From: Alphaproteobacteria bacterium
Lineage (GTDB): Bacteria; Pseudomonadota; Alphaproteobacteria; UBA828
Direction of reading: 5' to 3'
Length of the DNA: 64,000 nt
Assembly (NCBI GenBank): GCA_965221125.1
Contig: CBDCRW010000005.1
Coordinates: 480,001-544,000 of the forward strand
Shown here one piece after another: positions 1 to 10,422 of this stretch. The notes beneath the pieces were generated by a model, which was not told the origin of the DNA, ran no database searches, and was given only the letters and a program-made list of their open reading frames with translations. The number at the start of each line of letters is the position of its first letter. Position 1 is the stretch's first letter. A program made the translations under genes and the position numbers.

Positions 1-198
1 CCCTGCAACCCCTGCGGGCCATGCAATCCCTGCGCGGCGGCGAACCCGTGCAACCCGTGTGCGCCCTGCAATCCGTGCGCGGCTGCCTGTGCGCCCTGCA
101 ATCCCTGTGGGCCGTGCAATCCTTGCAATCCGTGCGCGGCAGCAAACCCGTGCGCCCCGTGCAATCCCTGCGGCGCCTGCAACCCGTGCAACCCATGC
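1..198 (+). repeat. Coding low-complexity (C-x-P)n / CNPC repeat
   Basis: Repeated tgcaacccg/tgcaatccc-type 9-mers with synonymous variation; 20 Cys in 66 codons. Confidence 0.95.
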
Positions 199-714
199 GC
201 GGCCGCCGAGGAGGTCGAGCTGACCGCCGACGAGGCGAGAGACGCCTACGCCTGCATCAGTGCGACCATGGCCGAGGGCTACGCCAAGTCGGGCAACCAA
301 TGGGCCGCGTCCTACCGGAACTGGAGGAACGTCGCAGCCCAGCCCTACGTCTCCGACACCCACGGCGCGCGCTACGTCAACAACTACGCCAACGACATCG
401 GCGCCGACAACTACAGCCTCTTCGAGGACGCGGGGCCGTCTCCTGCCGGAACCGTGCTCGCGAAGGACAGCTTCGTGGTGAGGCCGAACGGCAACGTGGG
501 CGCCGGGCCGCTCTTCCTGATGGAGAAGATGGAAGCCGGCTTCGACGCCGACACCGGGGACTGGCGCTACACGCTGATCATGCCCAACGGCAAGCTGATC
601 GGCACCACCGGCGGCAAGGGCGCGAAGAACGTCGTCTTCTGCGCCGAGTGCCACCTCGGCGTCGCGGAATATGACAGCCGCTTCTTCCTCGACGAGGAGT
701 ACCGGGTCCAGTAA
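1..714 (+). CDS. Cytochrome P460-family c-type cytochrome with N-terminal Cys-Asn-Pro repeat region (5'-truncated by window edge)
   Basis: Frame 1 is open from base 1: [20 protein letters not shown]...[28 protein letters not shown]..., continuous with track ORF 268..714. C-terminal CAECH heme motif at 640-654; [19 protein letters not shown] and GDWRY motifs typical of the P460/c'-beta fold. Confidence 0.8.
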   Translation, partial: PCNPCGPCNPCAAANPCNPCAPCNPCAAACAPCNPCGPCNPCNPCAAANPCAPCNPCGACNPCNPCAAAEEVELTADEARDAYACISATMAEGYAKSGNQWAASYRNWRNVAAQPYVSDTHGARYVNNYANDIGADNYSLFEDAGPSPAGTVLAKDSFVVRPNGNVGAGPLFLMEKMEAGFDADTGDWRYTLIMPNGKLIGTTGGKGAKNVVFCAECHLGVAEYDSRFFLDEEYRVQ

Positions 715-847
715 GCACCCACCGGCGGCGCGCCGCCCCCCGGCACAGCGCGCCGCCGGCTTTATCGCCTTCTTGATCGCGGGAGCGAACCCGGCCTATG
801 TTCGCGCCTGTACCGCCTCGGCGGTGACCAGACCCAAGGAGATACCC

Positions 848-1237
848 GTGCGCGCACGACACGTTCTCGCCATCGCCCTCGCCACCGCCATGATGGCGGC
901 GAGCGCCTCCGCCATTGCCGCCGATGCGAAGAAGGGCAAGAAGGTCTTCAAGAAGTGCAAGGTCTGCCACACCGTCAAGGAAGGCGGCAAGCACAAGGTC
1001 GGCCCCAACCTCTACGGCGTCTTCGGCCGCGCGTCTGGCACCGCCGAGGGCTTCAAGAAGTATTCGAGCGCGATGAAGGACGCGGCGATCGTCTGGGACG
1101 AAGAGACCATCGACGCCTACATCGCCGACCCCAAGGGCTACATCCCGAAGAACAAGATGGCGTTCAAGGGAGTCCGGAAAGAGAAGGACCGGGAGAACCT
1201 GATCGCCTATCTCAAGGAAGCCACCGGCACCGAGTGA
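848..1237 (+). CDS. Cytochrome c2 (class I c-type cytochrome)
   Basis: AAGGAG RBS then GTG at 848; signal peptide; CKVCH; GPNLYG; PKNKMAF distal Met. Confidence 0.92.
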   Translation: MRARHVLAIALATAMMAASASAIAADAKKGKKVFKKCKVCHTVKEGGKHKVGPNLYGVFGRASGTAEGFKKYSSAMKDAAIVWDEETIDAYIADPKGYIPKNKMAFKGVRKEKDRENLIAYLKEATGTE

Positions 1238-1278
1238 CCCCGGTGGACGAAGCCGCCCTGCGCTGACCGGGGGCAGCC

Positions 1279-1803
1279 ATGTCCGCCATCGACCTGCGTG
1301 ACCACATTCGCGCGATTCCCGACTTCCCCAAGCCCGGCATCCTCTTCTACGACCTCTCGACCCTGCTTGCCCACGGGCCGGCATGGAGCGAAACCGTGCA
1401 CCGCCTCGCCGACGTGGTGCACGAGCACAAGCCCGATTTGCTCGCCGGGATAGAATCGCGGGGCTTCCTGGTGGCCGCACCCCTTGCGCACGCGCTCGGC
1501 TGCGGCTTCATCATGGTGCGCAAGAAGGGCAAGCTGCCGGGCGAGACCGTGGCGCACGAGTATGCGCTTGAGTACGGCACTGATCAGGTCGAGGTGCAGG
1601 CCGACGCCGTGGCTCCCGGCCAGCGGGTCGTCCTCCTCGACGACCTGCTTGCGACCGGCGGCACGGCGGCCGCGGCGCATGCGCTGCTCCGCCAGGTGGG
1701 CGCCGAGGTGGTGGCGGCGGCCTTCATCATCGAGCTGACCTTCCTCGGCGGGCGCTCTCGCCTCGACCTGCCGATCACGTCCCTCGTCGCCTACGACGCA
1801 TAG
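1279..1803 (+). CDS. apt: Adenine phosphoribosyltransferase
   Basis: [43 protein letters not shown] motifs. Confidence 0.96.
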   Translation: MSAIDLRDHIRAIPDFPKPGILFYDLSTLLAHGPAWSETVHRLADVVHEHKPDLLAGIESRGFLVAAPLAHALGCGFIMVRKKGKLPGETVAHEYALEYGTDQVEVQADAVAPGQRVVLLDDLLATGGTAAAAHALLRQVGAEVVAAAFIIELTFLGGRSRLDLPITSLVAYDA

Positions 1804-1835
1804 CGGCGGCACCGGGACAAGCGGGAGAGTTTTTC

Positions 1836-2504
1836 GTGGCAATCGCCTTGATCGGAGGCACCGGCCCGCAAGGGCGGGGCCTGGCGCAGCGCTGCGCGCT
1901 CGCCGGCATCGACGTCGTCGTGGGCTCACGCGATGCCGCCCGCGCGGCGGACATCGCAGCCGATCTGCGGGCCGGCGTGCCCGGCGCGCCGGGCGCGATC
2001 GAAGGCGCCGCCAACGCCGATGCAGTGGCGCAGGCCGAACGCATCGTGGTGCTCGCGGTGCCGTGGGGGGCGCACCAGGTGACGCTGGCCTCGCTCACGC
2101 AAGCGCTGCAGGGAAAGATCCTGGTCGACATGGCCGTGCCGCTCGCGGAGGGCAACCCCCGCAAGGCCGCCATGCCGCCGGAAGGCTCGGCGACCGAAGC
2201 GGCGCAGGCCATGCTGGGCCAGAGCGTCGCCGTGGTGGGCGCGCTCCACAACGTCTCCGCCCATGTGCTGGCCGCGCTCGATCAGCCGATCAACTGCGAC
2301 ATCCTCGTCTGCGGCAACGACCTGGAGGCGAAGCGCGCGGTCATGGAACTGATCGAGACGATCGGCGCCCGCGCCTACAACTGCGGCCCGGCCGAGAGCG
2401 CGCGCTGCATCGAGGCGCTCACCCCGCTGCTCATCCGCCTCAACATGTCGAAGGCGATGGGCTTCAAGCACGCGGGCGTGAAGATCTGGCCGGAAGCCGA
2501 GTGA
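1836..2504 (+). CDS. npdG: NADPH-dependent F420 reductase (Fno/NpdG)
   Basis: [31 protein letters not shown] and [12 protein letters not shown] motifs. Confidence 0.88.
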   Translation: MAIALIGGTGPQGRGLAQRCALAGIDVVVGSRDAARAADIAADLRAGVPGAPGAIEGAANADAVAQAERIVVLAVPWGAHQVTLASLTQALQGKILVDMAVPLAEGNPRKAAMPPEGSATEAAQAMLGQSVAVVGALHNVSAHVLAALDQPINCDILVCGNDLEAKRAVMELIETIGARAYNCGPAESARCIEALTPLLIRLNMSKAMGFKHAGVKIWPEAE

Positions 2505-2515
2505 GGGAGACGACC

Positions 2516-3535
2516 ATGGAATTCGCGATTACCTTCCGCGGCGATCTCGAAAAGGATCGCGTCGTCGCCATCTGCCGGCAGGCCGAGGCGGCCGGCTTCG
2601 ACTACGCCTGGTTCTTCGACAGCCACGCGCTGTGGCGCGACCTCTACCCGCAGATGGCCGTCGCCATCGACCACACGCGGCGCTTGCGCGTCGGCCCCTG
2701 CGTCACCAACCCGATGACCCGCGAGTGGTCGGTGGCGGCGAGCCTCTTCGCGGCGATGGCGGTGCAGTCCGACGGCCGCTTCGACATGGGCGTCGGGCGC
2801 GGCGACAGCGCCGTGCGGGCAATCGGCAAGCGGCCGGCGACGGTAGCGCGCCTGGAAGAGTTCTGCCGCGCCATGAAGGCGCTGGTCCGCGGCGAGGCGG
2901 TGCGCTACGAGGGCGTGCCGGAGCCGGTGCAGTTCGACTGGACCGGCGGCTACGAGATGCCGGTCTGGGTCGCGGCCTACGGGCCGAGGGCGCTGGCGGC
3001 GGCGGGCCGCGTCGGCGACGGGCTCATCGTGCAGCTCGCCGATGTCGGGCTCTGCCAGTGGATGGGGGACCAGGCGCGGGCTGCCGGCAGTGCGGCGGGG
3101 CGCGACATGGCGGGCTATCGCGTCATGGCCTGCGCGCCCGTCTGGGTCGGCGACCGCGAGACCGGGATCGCGCAGACCAAGTGGTTCCCGGCGCTGGTGG
3201 GCAACCACGTGGCCGACATCGTCAAGCATCACGGCGCCGGCACTGACCTCGTGCCTCAGAGCCTCACCGCCTACATCGCCCGGCGCGAGGGCGTCGGCGC
3301 CGACGAAGGCTATGACTACCGCCAGCACACCGCGCTGGAGTCAGACAACAGCGCCTACGTCACGCCCGCGATCACCGACGATTTCTGCGTGATCGGACCG
3401 GCCGAGGCCCACGTCGAGAAGATCCGTGCGCTGGAAGCCGCCGGCGTCACCCAGTTCAACATCTACCTCACCAACGGCGGCGAGGAGCAGATCGTCGCGG
3501 CTTACGCCGACCAAGTCCTCCCGCACTTCCGGTAG
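2516..3535 (+). CDS. LLM-class F420-dependent oxidoreductase (TIGR03842-like)
   Basis: GAGGGAG RBS, ATG 2516; WFFDSHALWRD, GPCVTNPMTR, GRGDSA, AAYGP, LVGNHVAD, YDYRQH; follows npdG. Confidence 0.85.
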   Translation: MEFAITFRGDLEKDRVVAICRQAEAAGFDYAWFFDSHALWRDLYPQMAVAIDHTRRLRVGPCVTNPMTREWSVAASLFAAMAVQSDGRFDMGVGRGDSAVRAIGKRPATVARLEEFCRAMKALVRGEAVRYEGVPEPVQFDWTGGYEMPVWVAAYGPRALAAAGRVGDGLIVQLADVGLCQWMGDQARAAGSAAGRDMAGYRVMACAPVWVGDRETGIAQTKWFPALVGNHVADIVKHHGAGTDLVPQSLTAYIARREGVGADEGYDYRQHTALESDNSAYVTPAITDDFCVIGPAEAHVEKIRALEAAGVTQFNIYLTNGGEEQIVAAYADQVLPHFR

Positions 3536-3561
3536 ACGCCGGCAGGACCGCGCCTGCCCGC

Positions 3562-4911
3562 TCAGTACAGCTCGATGTATTCGTCGCGCTCCCACTGGGT
3601 GACGTAGGCGTTGAAGCGGGCGAGCTCCGCGCGCTTCATCGTGGTGAAGACGGCCACGAACTCCTCGCCCAGCAGATCGACCATCGCTTCATCTGCCTCG
3701 AGTGCCGCCAGCGCCGCCTCCAGGTTGGCGGGGAAGGGCGGCAGGCTCGGGTCATCCTCGCTGGGCCCGTCCGACTGCGAGACGAGGTCGCGCTTCTCGC
3801 TCATCCCCAGCAGGCCGCAGGCGAGCGTGCCGGCGGCGCAAAGATAGGGATTGCTGATCGCCGACGACGCCCGCATCTCCACGTGCATCCCCGGCGCGCC
3901 CGGCTGCTTGATGCGCACCATCGCGCTCCGGTCCTCCTCGCCCCAGCTCACGTTCGACGGCGCGAAGGTGTGGGGCGTGAGCCGGCGGTAGCAGTTGGGC
4001 GTCGGGTTGAAGAGCGCCATGCAGGCGGCGCCGTGGTCGATGATGCCTTGTACGAAGTGCCGGAGCGTCGCCGTCATTTCTCGTGGATTATCCGGGTCGT
4101 AGAAGGCGCTCCGCCCGCTCTCCCGCTCGAACAGGCTGATGTGGTAGTGGCAGCCGGAGCCCGCCGAGTCCGCCGACGGCTTGCCCATGAAGGTCGCGGT
4201 CAGCCCCGCGTGCTGCACGATCTCCTTCACCCCGTTCTTGAAGGTGAACGCGTTGTCGATTCCGGCCATGCCCTCGGCGTGGCTGTAGACCAACTCGTAC
4301 TGGGAGGGCGCGTATTCGGCGTTCGCCGTCAGCATGGGAATGCCGGCCGCGCGCAGGCCGTCGACCACGTCCCGGATCGCGGGAATGTGGTCGTTGCGCA
4401 GGTTGTTGAAGATGTGGACGCCGCCGAAGAGCGGCTGATGCGTCTCGCTGTCGAGCACGTAGAACTCGTACTCGTGGGCGCTCTGGATGCCGAAGCCGAG
4501 CGCTGCAGTCCTCTCCAGCAGGCGGCGGGCGACATTGCGGGGCGCCGCGTGCAGCGGCGTGCCGTCCTCCCACTCGGTATCGCAGATGACCTTCGCCATG
4601 CCATCCAGCCACGGCACTGCTGCGAGGGTCGAAAGGTCGGGGCGCAGGGTCTGGTCCTTGTACTTGACCTCCTCGTTGTAGCGGGTCCCCGGAATCACGT
4701 GGGAGGCGCTGTCGAGGGCGACGATGCCGCCGTACATGTTGACGCCGTCCCGGGCGAAGGCCCCGAACTGCTCGATCGGCACCTGCTTGGAGCGGGCGGA
4801 GCCGTGCATGTCCGGCAGCTCGAACCGGACGTGCTGGATGCCGTCGCGCTCGAGCCTTGCCAGCGCTTCGTCTACCTGATCGCGGGCGCCTTGCCCTCCG
4901 TTGTCGGCCAC
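3562..4911 (-). CDS. Glutamine synthetase-family protein (probable gamma-glutamyl-amine ligase)
   Basis: DMHGSARSK, HEYEFY, EYAPSQYE, ATFMGKP, GSGCHYH, EMR...SNPY; 449 aa PuuA/GlnA4-type rather than GSI. Confidence 0.85.
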   Translation of the reverse strand: MADNGGQGARDQVDEALARLERDGIQHVRFELPDMHGSARSKQVPIEQFGAFARDGVNMYGGIVALDSASHVIPGTRYNEEVKYKDQTLRPDLSTLAAVPWLDGMAKVICDTEWEDGTPLHAAPRNVARRLLERTAALGFGIQSAHEYEFYVLDSETHQPLFGGVHIFNNLRNDHIPAIRDVVDGLRAAGIPMLTANAEYAPSQYELVYSHAEGMAGIDNAFTFKNGVKEIVQHAGLTATFMGKPSADSAGSGCHYHISLFERESGRSAFYDPDNPREMTATLRHFVQGIIDHGAACMALFNPTPNCYRRLTPHTFAPSNVSWGEEDRSAMVRIKQPGAPGMHVEMRASSAISNPYLCAAGTLACGLLGMSEKRDLVSQSDGPSEDDPSLPPFPANLEAALAALEADEAMVDLLGEEFVAVFTTMKRAELARFNAYVTQWERDEYIELY

Positions 4912-5008
4912 GGCTGCCTCCTCTCGCCAACGCTGCCCTCGCCCGCCTTGCGGGCGGCCTGAATTCGCGGCGTCGAGCGCCGCGAGTCAAGGGCGGATGG
5001 TATACCCG

Positions 5009-6025
5009 CTATCCTGCGGCCGCCTTCGCGTCTTCGAGAAGCGGGCGGCGGCTGAGATCGACCTTGCGCGCGACGTGGGCGCCAGACGTGATGGTCCCGT
5101 AGCGGGGCGGGTTGGCTGCGTCGGTGCAGCTCGGCAGGCACTCGATCACGGCGTCGTAGTTGGGCTGGTGGAAGAAGAGGAGCGAGAGCCGGCTGCTGTC
5201 GGCCTCCTCGCGGGGCGGGTTGACCACGCGGTGGAGCGTCGAGCACCAGCGGTCGTTGGTCCACTCCGCCATCAGGTCGCCGAGATTGATGACGAAGGTG
5301 CCGGGGATGCAGGGCACGTCGGACCAGGCGCCGTCCTTGGCCAGAACCTGCAGGCCGCCCACGGGCGTATCGGACGAGACGATCGTGAGGCTGCCGTAGT
5401 CCGCGTGCGCGCCGCAGCGGAGCTGGCCGGGGAGTGGTGGCGTCGTCTGCGGCGGGTAGTAGGAGGCGATGAAGTTGGTGATGTGCCGGTCGATCTTGTC
5501 GGCGAAGAAGGTCTCGGGCAGGCCGAGAGCGCAGGCGAAGATCCGCATCAGGTCGCCCGCCAGGCGTTCCATCTCCCGGTAGTAGGCCTCCCACAGCGGG
5601 CGCATCCCCGCCGGCCGGTCGGGCCAGAGATTGGCGGCGAAGAAGCGCCAGCCAGCGGGGCCGTAGTGATACTCGTCGTAGTCGTGGTCGTGCGGACCGA
5701 TGACGAAGCTCTCGCGCCAGTCGGGCGCGTTCTCTTCCTCGTCCATGCTGTAGGCCGTGTCCTCGCTGCCGACGGTCATCAGCCCGCGGTAGCGGTCGGG
5801 CGGCATCTTGACCCGGAGCTTCTCCCAGTGCGGCAGCTCGAAGAAGGCACGGGTCACGCGGCGCATCTCGTCGATCTGCGCCTGGGCCACGCCGTGGCCC
5901 GCGATCACGAGGAAGCCGATCTCGCGGCAGGCGGCGTCCACCTCGGCGGCGATGCGCGCCTTGTCTTCAGCATCGCCCGCGAGAAACGGCGCGATGTCGA
6001 CGACCGGGACCAGGGACTGTGCCAT
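5009..6025 (-). CDS. 2OG-Fe(II) dioxygenase, isopenicillin N synthase family
   Basis: VPVVDI, ACREIGFL, HADYGSLT, NLGDLM, STLHRV and RLS motifs; ATG at 6025. Confidence 0.9.
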   Translation of the reverse strand: MAQSLVPVVDIAPFLAGDAEDKARIAAEVDAACREIGFLVIAGHGVAQAQIDEMRRVTRAFFELPHWEKLRVKMPPDRYRGLMTVGSEDTAYSMDEEENAPDWRESFVIGPHDHDYDEYHYGPAGWRFFAANLWPDRPAGMRPLWEAYYREMERLAGDLMRIFACALGLPETFFADKIDRHITNFIASYYPPQTTPPLPGQLRCGAHADYGSLTIVSSDTPVGGLQVLAKDGAWSDVPCIPGTFVINLGDLMAEWTNDRWCSTLHRVVNPPREEADSSRLSLLFFHQPNYDAVIECLPSCTDAANPPRYGTITSGAHVARKVDLSRRPLLEDAKAAAG

Positions 6026-6211
6026 CGTCAGCGCTCCACCAAGTGGCCCTTCGGCGCGCGACTTTAGCAGCCGCAGCGCCAGCCACGCGAGTGGACCGGT
6101 TGACGCGGCCGGGATCGCGCCCAGATTCTCCGGGAGAATTCGGGCGCCCTCGCGTAATATGCGGCGTGGCGTGCGGCTCTGGAGCCGCCGCGCGCCCGCG
6201 GAGTGGAAACC

Positions 6212-7204
6212 ATGCTGATCGACCCGTTCGAGCGCCACGTCACCTATCTGCGCGTCTCCGTCACCGACCGCTGCGACTTCCGCTGCGTCTATTGCATGTC
6301 GGAGCACATGAGCTTCCTGCCCAAGGCGGAGCTGCTGACGCTGGAGGAGCTGGATCGCCTGTGCAGCGCCTTCGTGGGGCTCGGCGTGCGCAAGCTCCGC
6401 ATCACCGGCGGCGAGCCGCTGGTGCGCAAGGGCGTCATCGGCCTCTTCGAGAGCCTGGGCCGCCACCTGAGGAGCGGCGCGCTCGACGAGCTCACGCTCA
6501 CCACCAACGGCAGCCAGCTGCCGCGCCATGCGGAGCGGCTCTATGCCGCGGGCGTGCGCCGGGTGAACATCTCCCTCGACACGCGCGACCCTGACAAGTT
6601 CACCGAGATCACCCGCTGGGGCCGGCTAAGCCAGGTGATGGCGGGCATCGACGCGGCCCGCGCCGCCGGCCTCAAGATCAAGATCAACACCGTGGCGCTG
6701 CGCGGCGTCAACGAGGACGAGATCGAAGACCTCGTCGCCTGGTGCGCCGCCGAAGGCCACGACCTCACCTTCATCGAGACCATGCCGCTCGGCGAGATCG
6801 ACGGCGACCGCACCGATCAGTACCTGCCGCTCTCCCTGGTGCGCGCGAAGCTCCGCAAGCGCTGGGCCCTGGACGAGAGCGACCACCGCACGGGCGGGCC
6901 GGCGCGCTACGTCACGGTGCGCGAGACTGGCCAGCGCCTGGGTTTCATCACGCCGCTCACCCACAACTTCTGCGAATCCTGCAACCGGGTGCGGCTCACC
7001 TGCACCGGCACGCTCTACATGTGCTTGGGCCAGGAGGACGCGGCCGACCTGCGCACGCCGCTCCGCCGCAGCGAGAGCGACGAGGCCCTGGTCGCGGCGA
7101 TCCACGAGGCGATCGGGCGCAAGCCCAAGGGCCACGACTTCATCATCGACCGCCGCCACACGCGCCCTGCGGTCGGCCGCCACATGAGCGTGACCGGCGG
7201 CTGA
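6212..7204 (+). CDS. moaA: GTP 3',8-cyclase (molybdenum cofactor biosynthesis)
   Basis: [17 protein letters not shown] radical SAM motif, [10 protein letters not shown]-terminal MSVTGG. Confidence 0.96.
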   Translation: MLIDPFERHVTYLRVSVTDRCDFRCVYCMSEHMSFLPKAELLTLEELDRLCSAFVGLGVRKLRITGGEPLVRKGVIGLFESLGRHLRSGALDELTLTTNGSQLPRHAERLYAAGVRRVNISLDTRDPDKFTEITRWGRLSQVMAGIDAARAAGLKIKINTVALRGVNEDEIEDLVAWCAAEGHDLTFIETMPLGEIDGDRTDQYLPLSLVRAKLRKRWALDESDHRTGGPARYVTVRETGQRLGFITPLTHNFCESCNRVRLTCTGTLYMCLGQEDAADLRTPLRRSESDEALVAAIHEAIGRKPKGHDFIIDRRHTRPAVGRHMSVTGG

Positions 7205-7264
7205 GCCGCCGCCCGGCCCGCTTTCCGTATCGCGCCGCGCCGGCGCAGCCCATCGGGGGATTTC

Positions 7265-8032
7265 ATGCGCTACCGGAGGATGGCCGCCGTCGCCTCGACC
7301 GCCGCCGAGGCGCAGGCCGCGCTCGCCGACGTCGCCGCCCGCTATCCCCTGGTCGAGCCGGACGAGGCCGACGTCATCATCGCGCTCGGCGGCGACGGCT
7401 TCATGCTGGAGACGCAGCACCGCCTGCTCCGCCAGGGCAAGCCGATCTACGGCATGAGCCGGGGCACGGTCGGCTTCCTGATGAACGAGTTCTCCTTGGA
7501 CGACCTGCCCGCGCGGCTTGAGCAGGCCCATGCCACGACCCTGCACCCGCTCAGCATGCGGGCGGAGACGATCCACGGGGCAACGCAGGAGGCGCTCGCC
7601 ATCAACGAGGTCTCGATGCTGCGCGAGACCCGCCAGGCCGCCAAGGTCAGGATCAGCGTGGACGGCGTCGTGCGCGTGCCGGAGCTCATCTGCGACGGCG
7701 TGCTGGTGGCGACGCCCGCCGGCAGCACCGCCTACAACCTCTCCGCCCACGGCCCGATCATCCCGCTCGGTGCCAACATCCTGGCGCTCACGCCGATCAG
7801 CGCCTTCAGGCCGCGCCGCTGGCGCGGCGCCCTGCTGCTGCACGAGGCGACCGTGCGGTTGGACGTGCTCGAGCACGACAAGCGCCCGGTCAGCGCGGTC
7901 GCCGACTACACCGAGGTGCGCGACGTGGCGTCGGTCGAGGTCGCAGTCGATCACGCGACCGCGATCCGCCTCCTTTTCGACCCTGAGCACAGCCTGACCG
8001 AGCGCATCCTCACCGAGCAGTTCACCCCTTGA
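7265..8032 (+). CDS. nadK: NAD kinase
   Basis: [29 protein letters not shown]. Confidence 0.95.
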   Translation: MRYRRMAAVASTAAEAQAALADVAARYPLVEPDEADVIIALGGDGFMLETQHRLLRQGKPIYGMSRGTVGFLMNEFSLDDLPARLEQAHATTLHPLSMRAETIHGATQEALAINEVSMLRETRQAAKVRISVDGVVRVPELICDGVLVATPAGSTAYNLSAHGPIIPLGANILALTPISAFRPRRWRGALLLHEATVRLDVLEHDKRPVSAVADYTEVRDVASVEVAVDHATAIRLLFDPEHSLTERILTEQFTP

Positions 8033-8099
8033 GGGGGCGCGGCCAGCGCACCGCGGGTCTCGCGTGCCGGGCCGGCCGCCTCCCGCGCCGGCCTGGCCG

Positions 8100-9197
8100 A
8101 TGAAACGCCCGGCAGCACTGTTCGTCGACGGATTCCGCGCGGCGCGGCTCCGCGTCGGCGCGCTCCGGTTCGCCCTCTCGATCGGGCTCGGCGCCGTGGG
8201 CGGGGCGGTCTTCTTCGCGCTCGCCCTGCCGCTCCCCTGGATGCTTGGCGCCATGACGGTGGCGACGGGAGCAGCGCTCGCCGGTGCGCCGCTCGCGGTC
8301 CCGGCCCAGATCCGCAACGCCATGATCGCGATCCTCGGCGTGCTGCTCGGCAGCCAGTTCACCATCGACCTCTTCGACCGGATCGCGGAGTGGTACGTCG
8401 GCCTCTCGGGCGTGGTTCTCTCCACGGCGGCGGCGGCGGGCATGGCCTACGTCGCCTTCCGCAGGCTCGGCGGCTACGACCGGGTGACCGCCTACTTCGC
8501 GTCCATGCCGGGGGGCTTGAGCGAGATGATGGTGCTGGGCGAGACCTTGGGCGGCAACGGGCGCACCATCTCGCTCACCCACGGCACGCGCATCCTCGTC
8601 GCCGTCTTCCTCATCGCGTTCTACTTCCGGCTGGTGGAGGGGGTGGCCCCGGTCGGCCTGCCGGTCCCGGCCGGCCCGGCGGCGGCGTCCTGGATCGATC
8701 TCATGGCGCTGGTCGCCTGCGCGCTCGTGGGCTACCCGGCGGCCAAGGCGCTCCGCGTGCCGGCGGCACAGCTCGTGGGCCCCCTGGCGCTGAGCGCGGC
8801 GCTGCACCTGAGCGGGGTCGTCGCCGCGCACCCGCCGGGCGAGCTGATCGCCGCCGCCCAGGTCGTGCTCGGCGCCGCTATCGGGGCGCGGTTCGTCGGC
8901 ATGGCGTTCAGCGAGCTGCGGCGCATCGTCCTGCTGGCGGCCCTGGTCGCGGTGTTGATGGTGCTGGTGACAGCCGGCGCGGCCTACGGCCTTTCCGCCG
9001 CGACCGACCAGTCCGGCCCGGTCCTGTTCCTTGCGTTCGCACCCGGCGGGCTCGCGGAAATGAGCTTGATCGCGCTCACGATGGGCAGCGCCGCCGCCTT
9101 CGTCTCCACCCATCACATCGCGCGGATCATATTGATCGTGATTGCGGCACCCCTGCTTTTTCGTCTCGCCCGGGGGCGGCGGCACTCGCTAAGTTAG
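8100..9197 (+). CDS. AbrB-family membrane protein
   Basis: Two internal repeats with [15 protein letters not shown] and APGGLAEM; highly hydrophobic. Start uncertain (8064 or 8100). Confidence 0.85.
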   Translation: MKRPAALFVDGFRAARLRVGALRFALSIGLGAVGGAVFFALALPLPWMLGAMTVATGAALAGAPLAVPAQIRNAMIAILGVLLGSQFTIDLFDRIAEWYVGLSGVVLSTAAAAGMAYVAFRRLGGYDRVTAYFASMPGGLSEMMVLGETLGGNGRTISLTHGTRILVAVFLIAFYFRLVEGVAPVGLPVPAGPAAASWIDLMALVACALVGYPAAKALRVPAAQLVGPLALSAALHLSGVVAAHPPGELIAAAQVVLGAAIGARFVGMAFSELRRIVLLAALVAVLMVLVTAGAAYGLSAATDQSGPVLFLAFAPGGLAEMSLIALTMGSAAAFVSTHHIARIILIVIAAPLLFRLARGRRHSLS

Positions 9198-9204
9198 GCG
9201 GGCC

Positions 9205-10344
9205 ATGGATTTCACCCTCTCGGAAGAGCAACAGGCGTTCCGCGAGCTGGCTGAGAGCTTCGCCGAGAACGAGCTTGCGCCCTATGCCGCGGCATGGGAC
9301 CGGGACTGCACCTTCCCGGTGGACACCCTGCGCAAGGCCGCGGCATTGGGCTTCGGCGGCATCTATGTGGGTGACGACGTCGGCGGATCGAACCTGACGC
9401 GCCTCGACGCCGCCCTGATCTTCGAGGGGCTGGCGCGGGGCTGCGCCTCGACCGCGGCCTACATCTCGATCCACAACATGGCGTCCTGGATGATCGACCG
9501 CTTCGGCGGGGACACCCAGCGCAGGCGCTTTCTGCCCCGGCTCGCGAGCATGGAGTACTTCGCGAGCTACTGCCTGACCGAGCCGGGCGCGGGCTCCGAC
9601 GCCGCCTCGCTCAAGACCAGCGCGCGGCTGGAGGGCGAGCGCTACGTGCTGAACGGCACCAAGGCCTTCATCTCCGGCGGCGGCTTCGCGGATGTCTACG
9701 TCTGCATGGTGCGGACCGGCGGACCGGGACCGAGCGGAATCTCGTGCATCGCGGTGGAGCGCGACACGCCGGGTCTCAGCTTCGGCGCACAGGAGAAGAA
9801 GCTCGGCTGGCACAGTCAGCCGACCGCGATGGTGATCTTCGAGGACTGCCGCGTGCCGGCAGAAAACCTCATCGGCGCGGAAGGGCAGGGCTTCAGGATC
9901 GCCATGGCGGGCCTCGACGGTGGGCGCATCAACATCGGCGCCTGCTCGCTCGGCGCCGCCCAGGCGAGCCTTGAGATCGCCCGCGATCACCTGCTCCAGC
10001 GCCAGCAGTTCGGCCGCAAGCTCGCGGACTTCCAGGCGCTGCAATTCACGCTCGCCGACATGGCGACGAACCTCGAGGCCGCCCGCCTGATGATCCACCG
10101 TGCCGCCGCCGCGCTGGACGCGCACCAAGACGGCGCCACCGCCACCATCGCCATGGCCAAGCGCTTCGCCACCGACGCGGGCTTCGAGGTCTGCAACCAG
10201 GCGCTCCAGCTCCTCGGCGGCTACGGCTACCTGATGGATTTCCCCGTCGAGCGTCACCTGAGAGACCTGCGCGTTCACCAGATCCTCGAAGGCACCAACG
10301 AGATCATGCGCCTCATCATCGCCCGCCGTCTTCTTGCTGAATGA
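9205..10344 (+). CDS. Acyl-CoA dehydrogenase (isobutyryl-CoA dehydrogenase-like)
   Basis: [44 protein letters not shown]. Confidence 0.92.
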   Translation: MDFTLSEEQQAFRELAESFAENELAPYAAAWDRDCTFPVDTLRKAAALGFGGIYVGDDVGGSNLTRLDAALIFEGLARGCASTAAYISIHNMASWMIDRFGGDTQRRRFLPRLASMEYFASYCLTEPGAGSDAASLKTSARLEGERYVLNGTKAFISGGGFADVYVCMVRTGGPGPSGISCIAVERDTPGLSFGAQEKKLGWHSQPTAMVIFEDCRVPAENLIGAEGQGFRIAMAGLDGGRINIGACSLGAAQASLEIARDHLLQRQQFGRKLADFQALQFTLADMATNLEAARLMIHRAAAALDAHQDGATATIAMAKRFATDAGFEVCNQALQLLGGYGYLMDFPVERHLRDLRVHQILEGTNEIMRLIIARRLLAE

Positions 10345-10422
10345 GGCTGGCGCGGCCCGCCAGCTATTTCCCCGCCGGGGGCTAGTCCTTAGGATGCGCC
10401 GGCACGATCTGGAGGGCGTGGC

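Noticed and set aside
21-674. Track ORF 21..674 with QSLR/QPVQP repeats
   Set aside because: Shadow frame of the Cys-Asn-Pro repeat; frame 1 joins the P460 domain and has better codon usage.
5009-6529. Long N-terminal extensions in the ORF track (also 2063, 27130, 29468, 35612, 50441, 60152)
   Set aside because: Upstream parts overlap other genes; family motifs begin at later starts, so these are not fusions.
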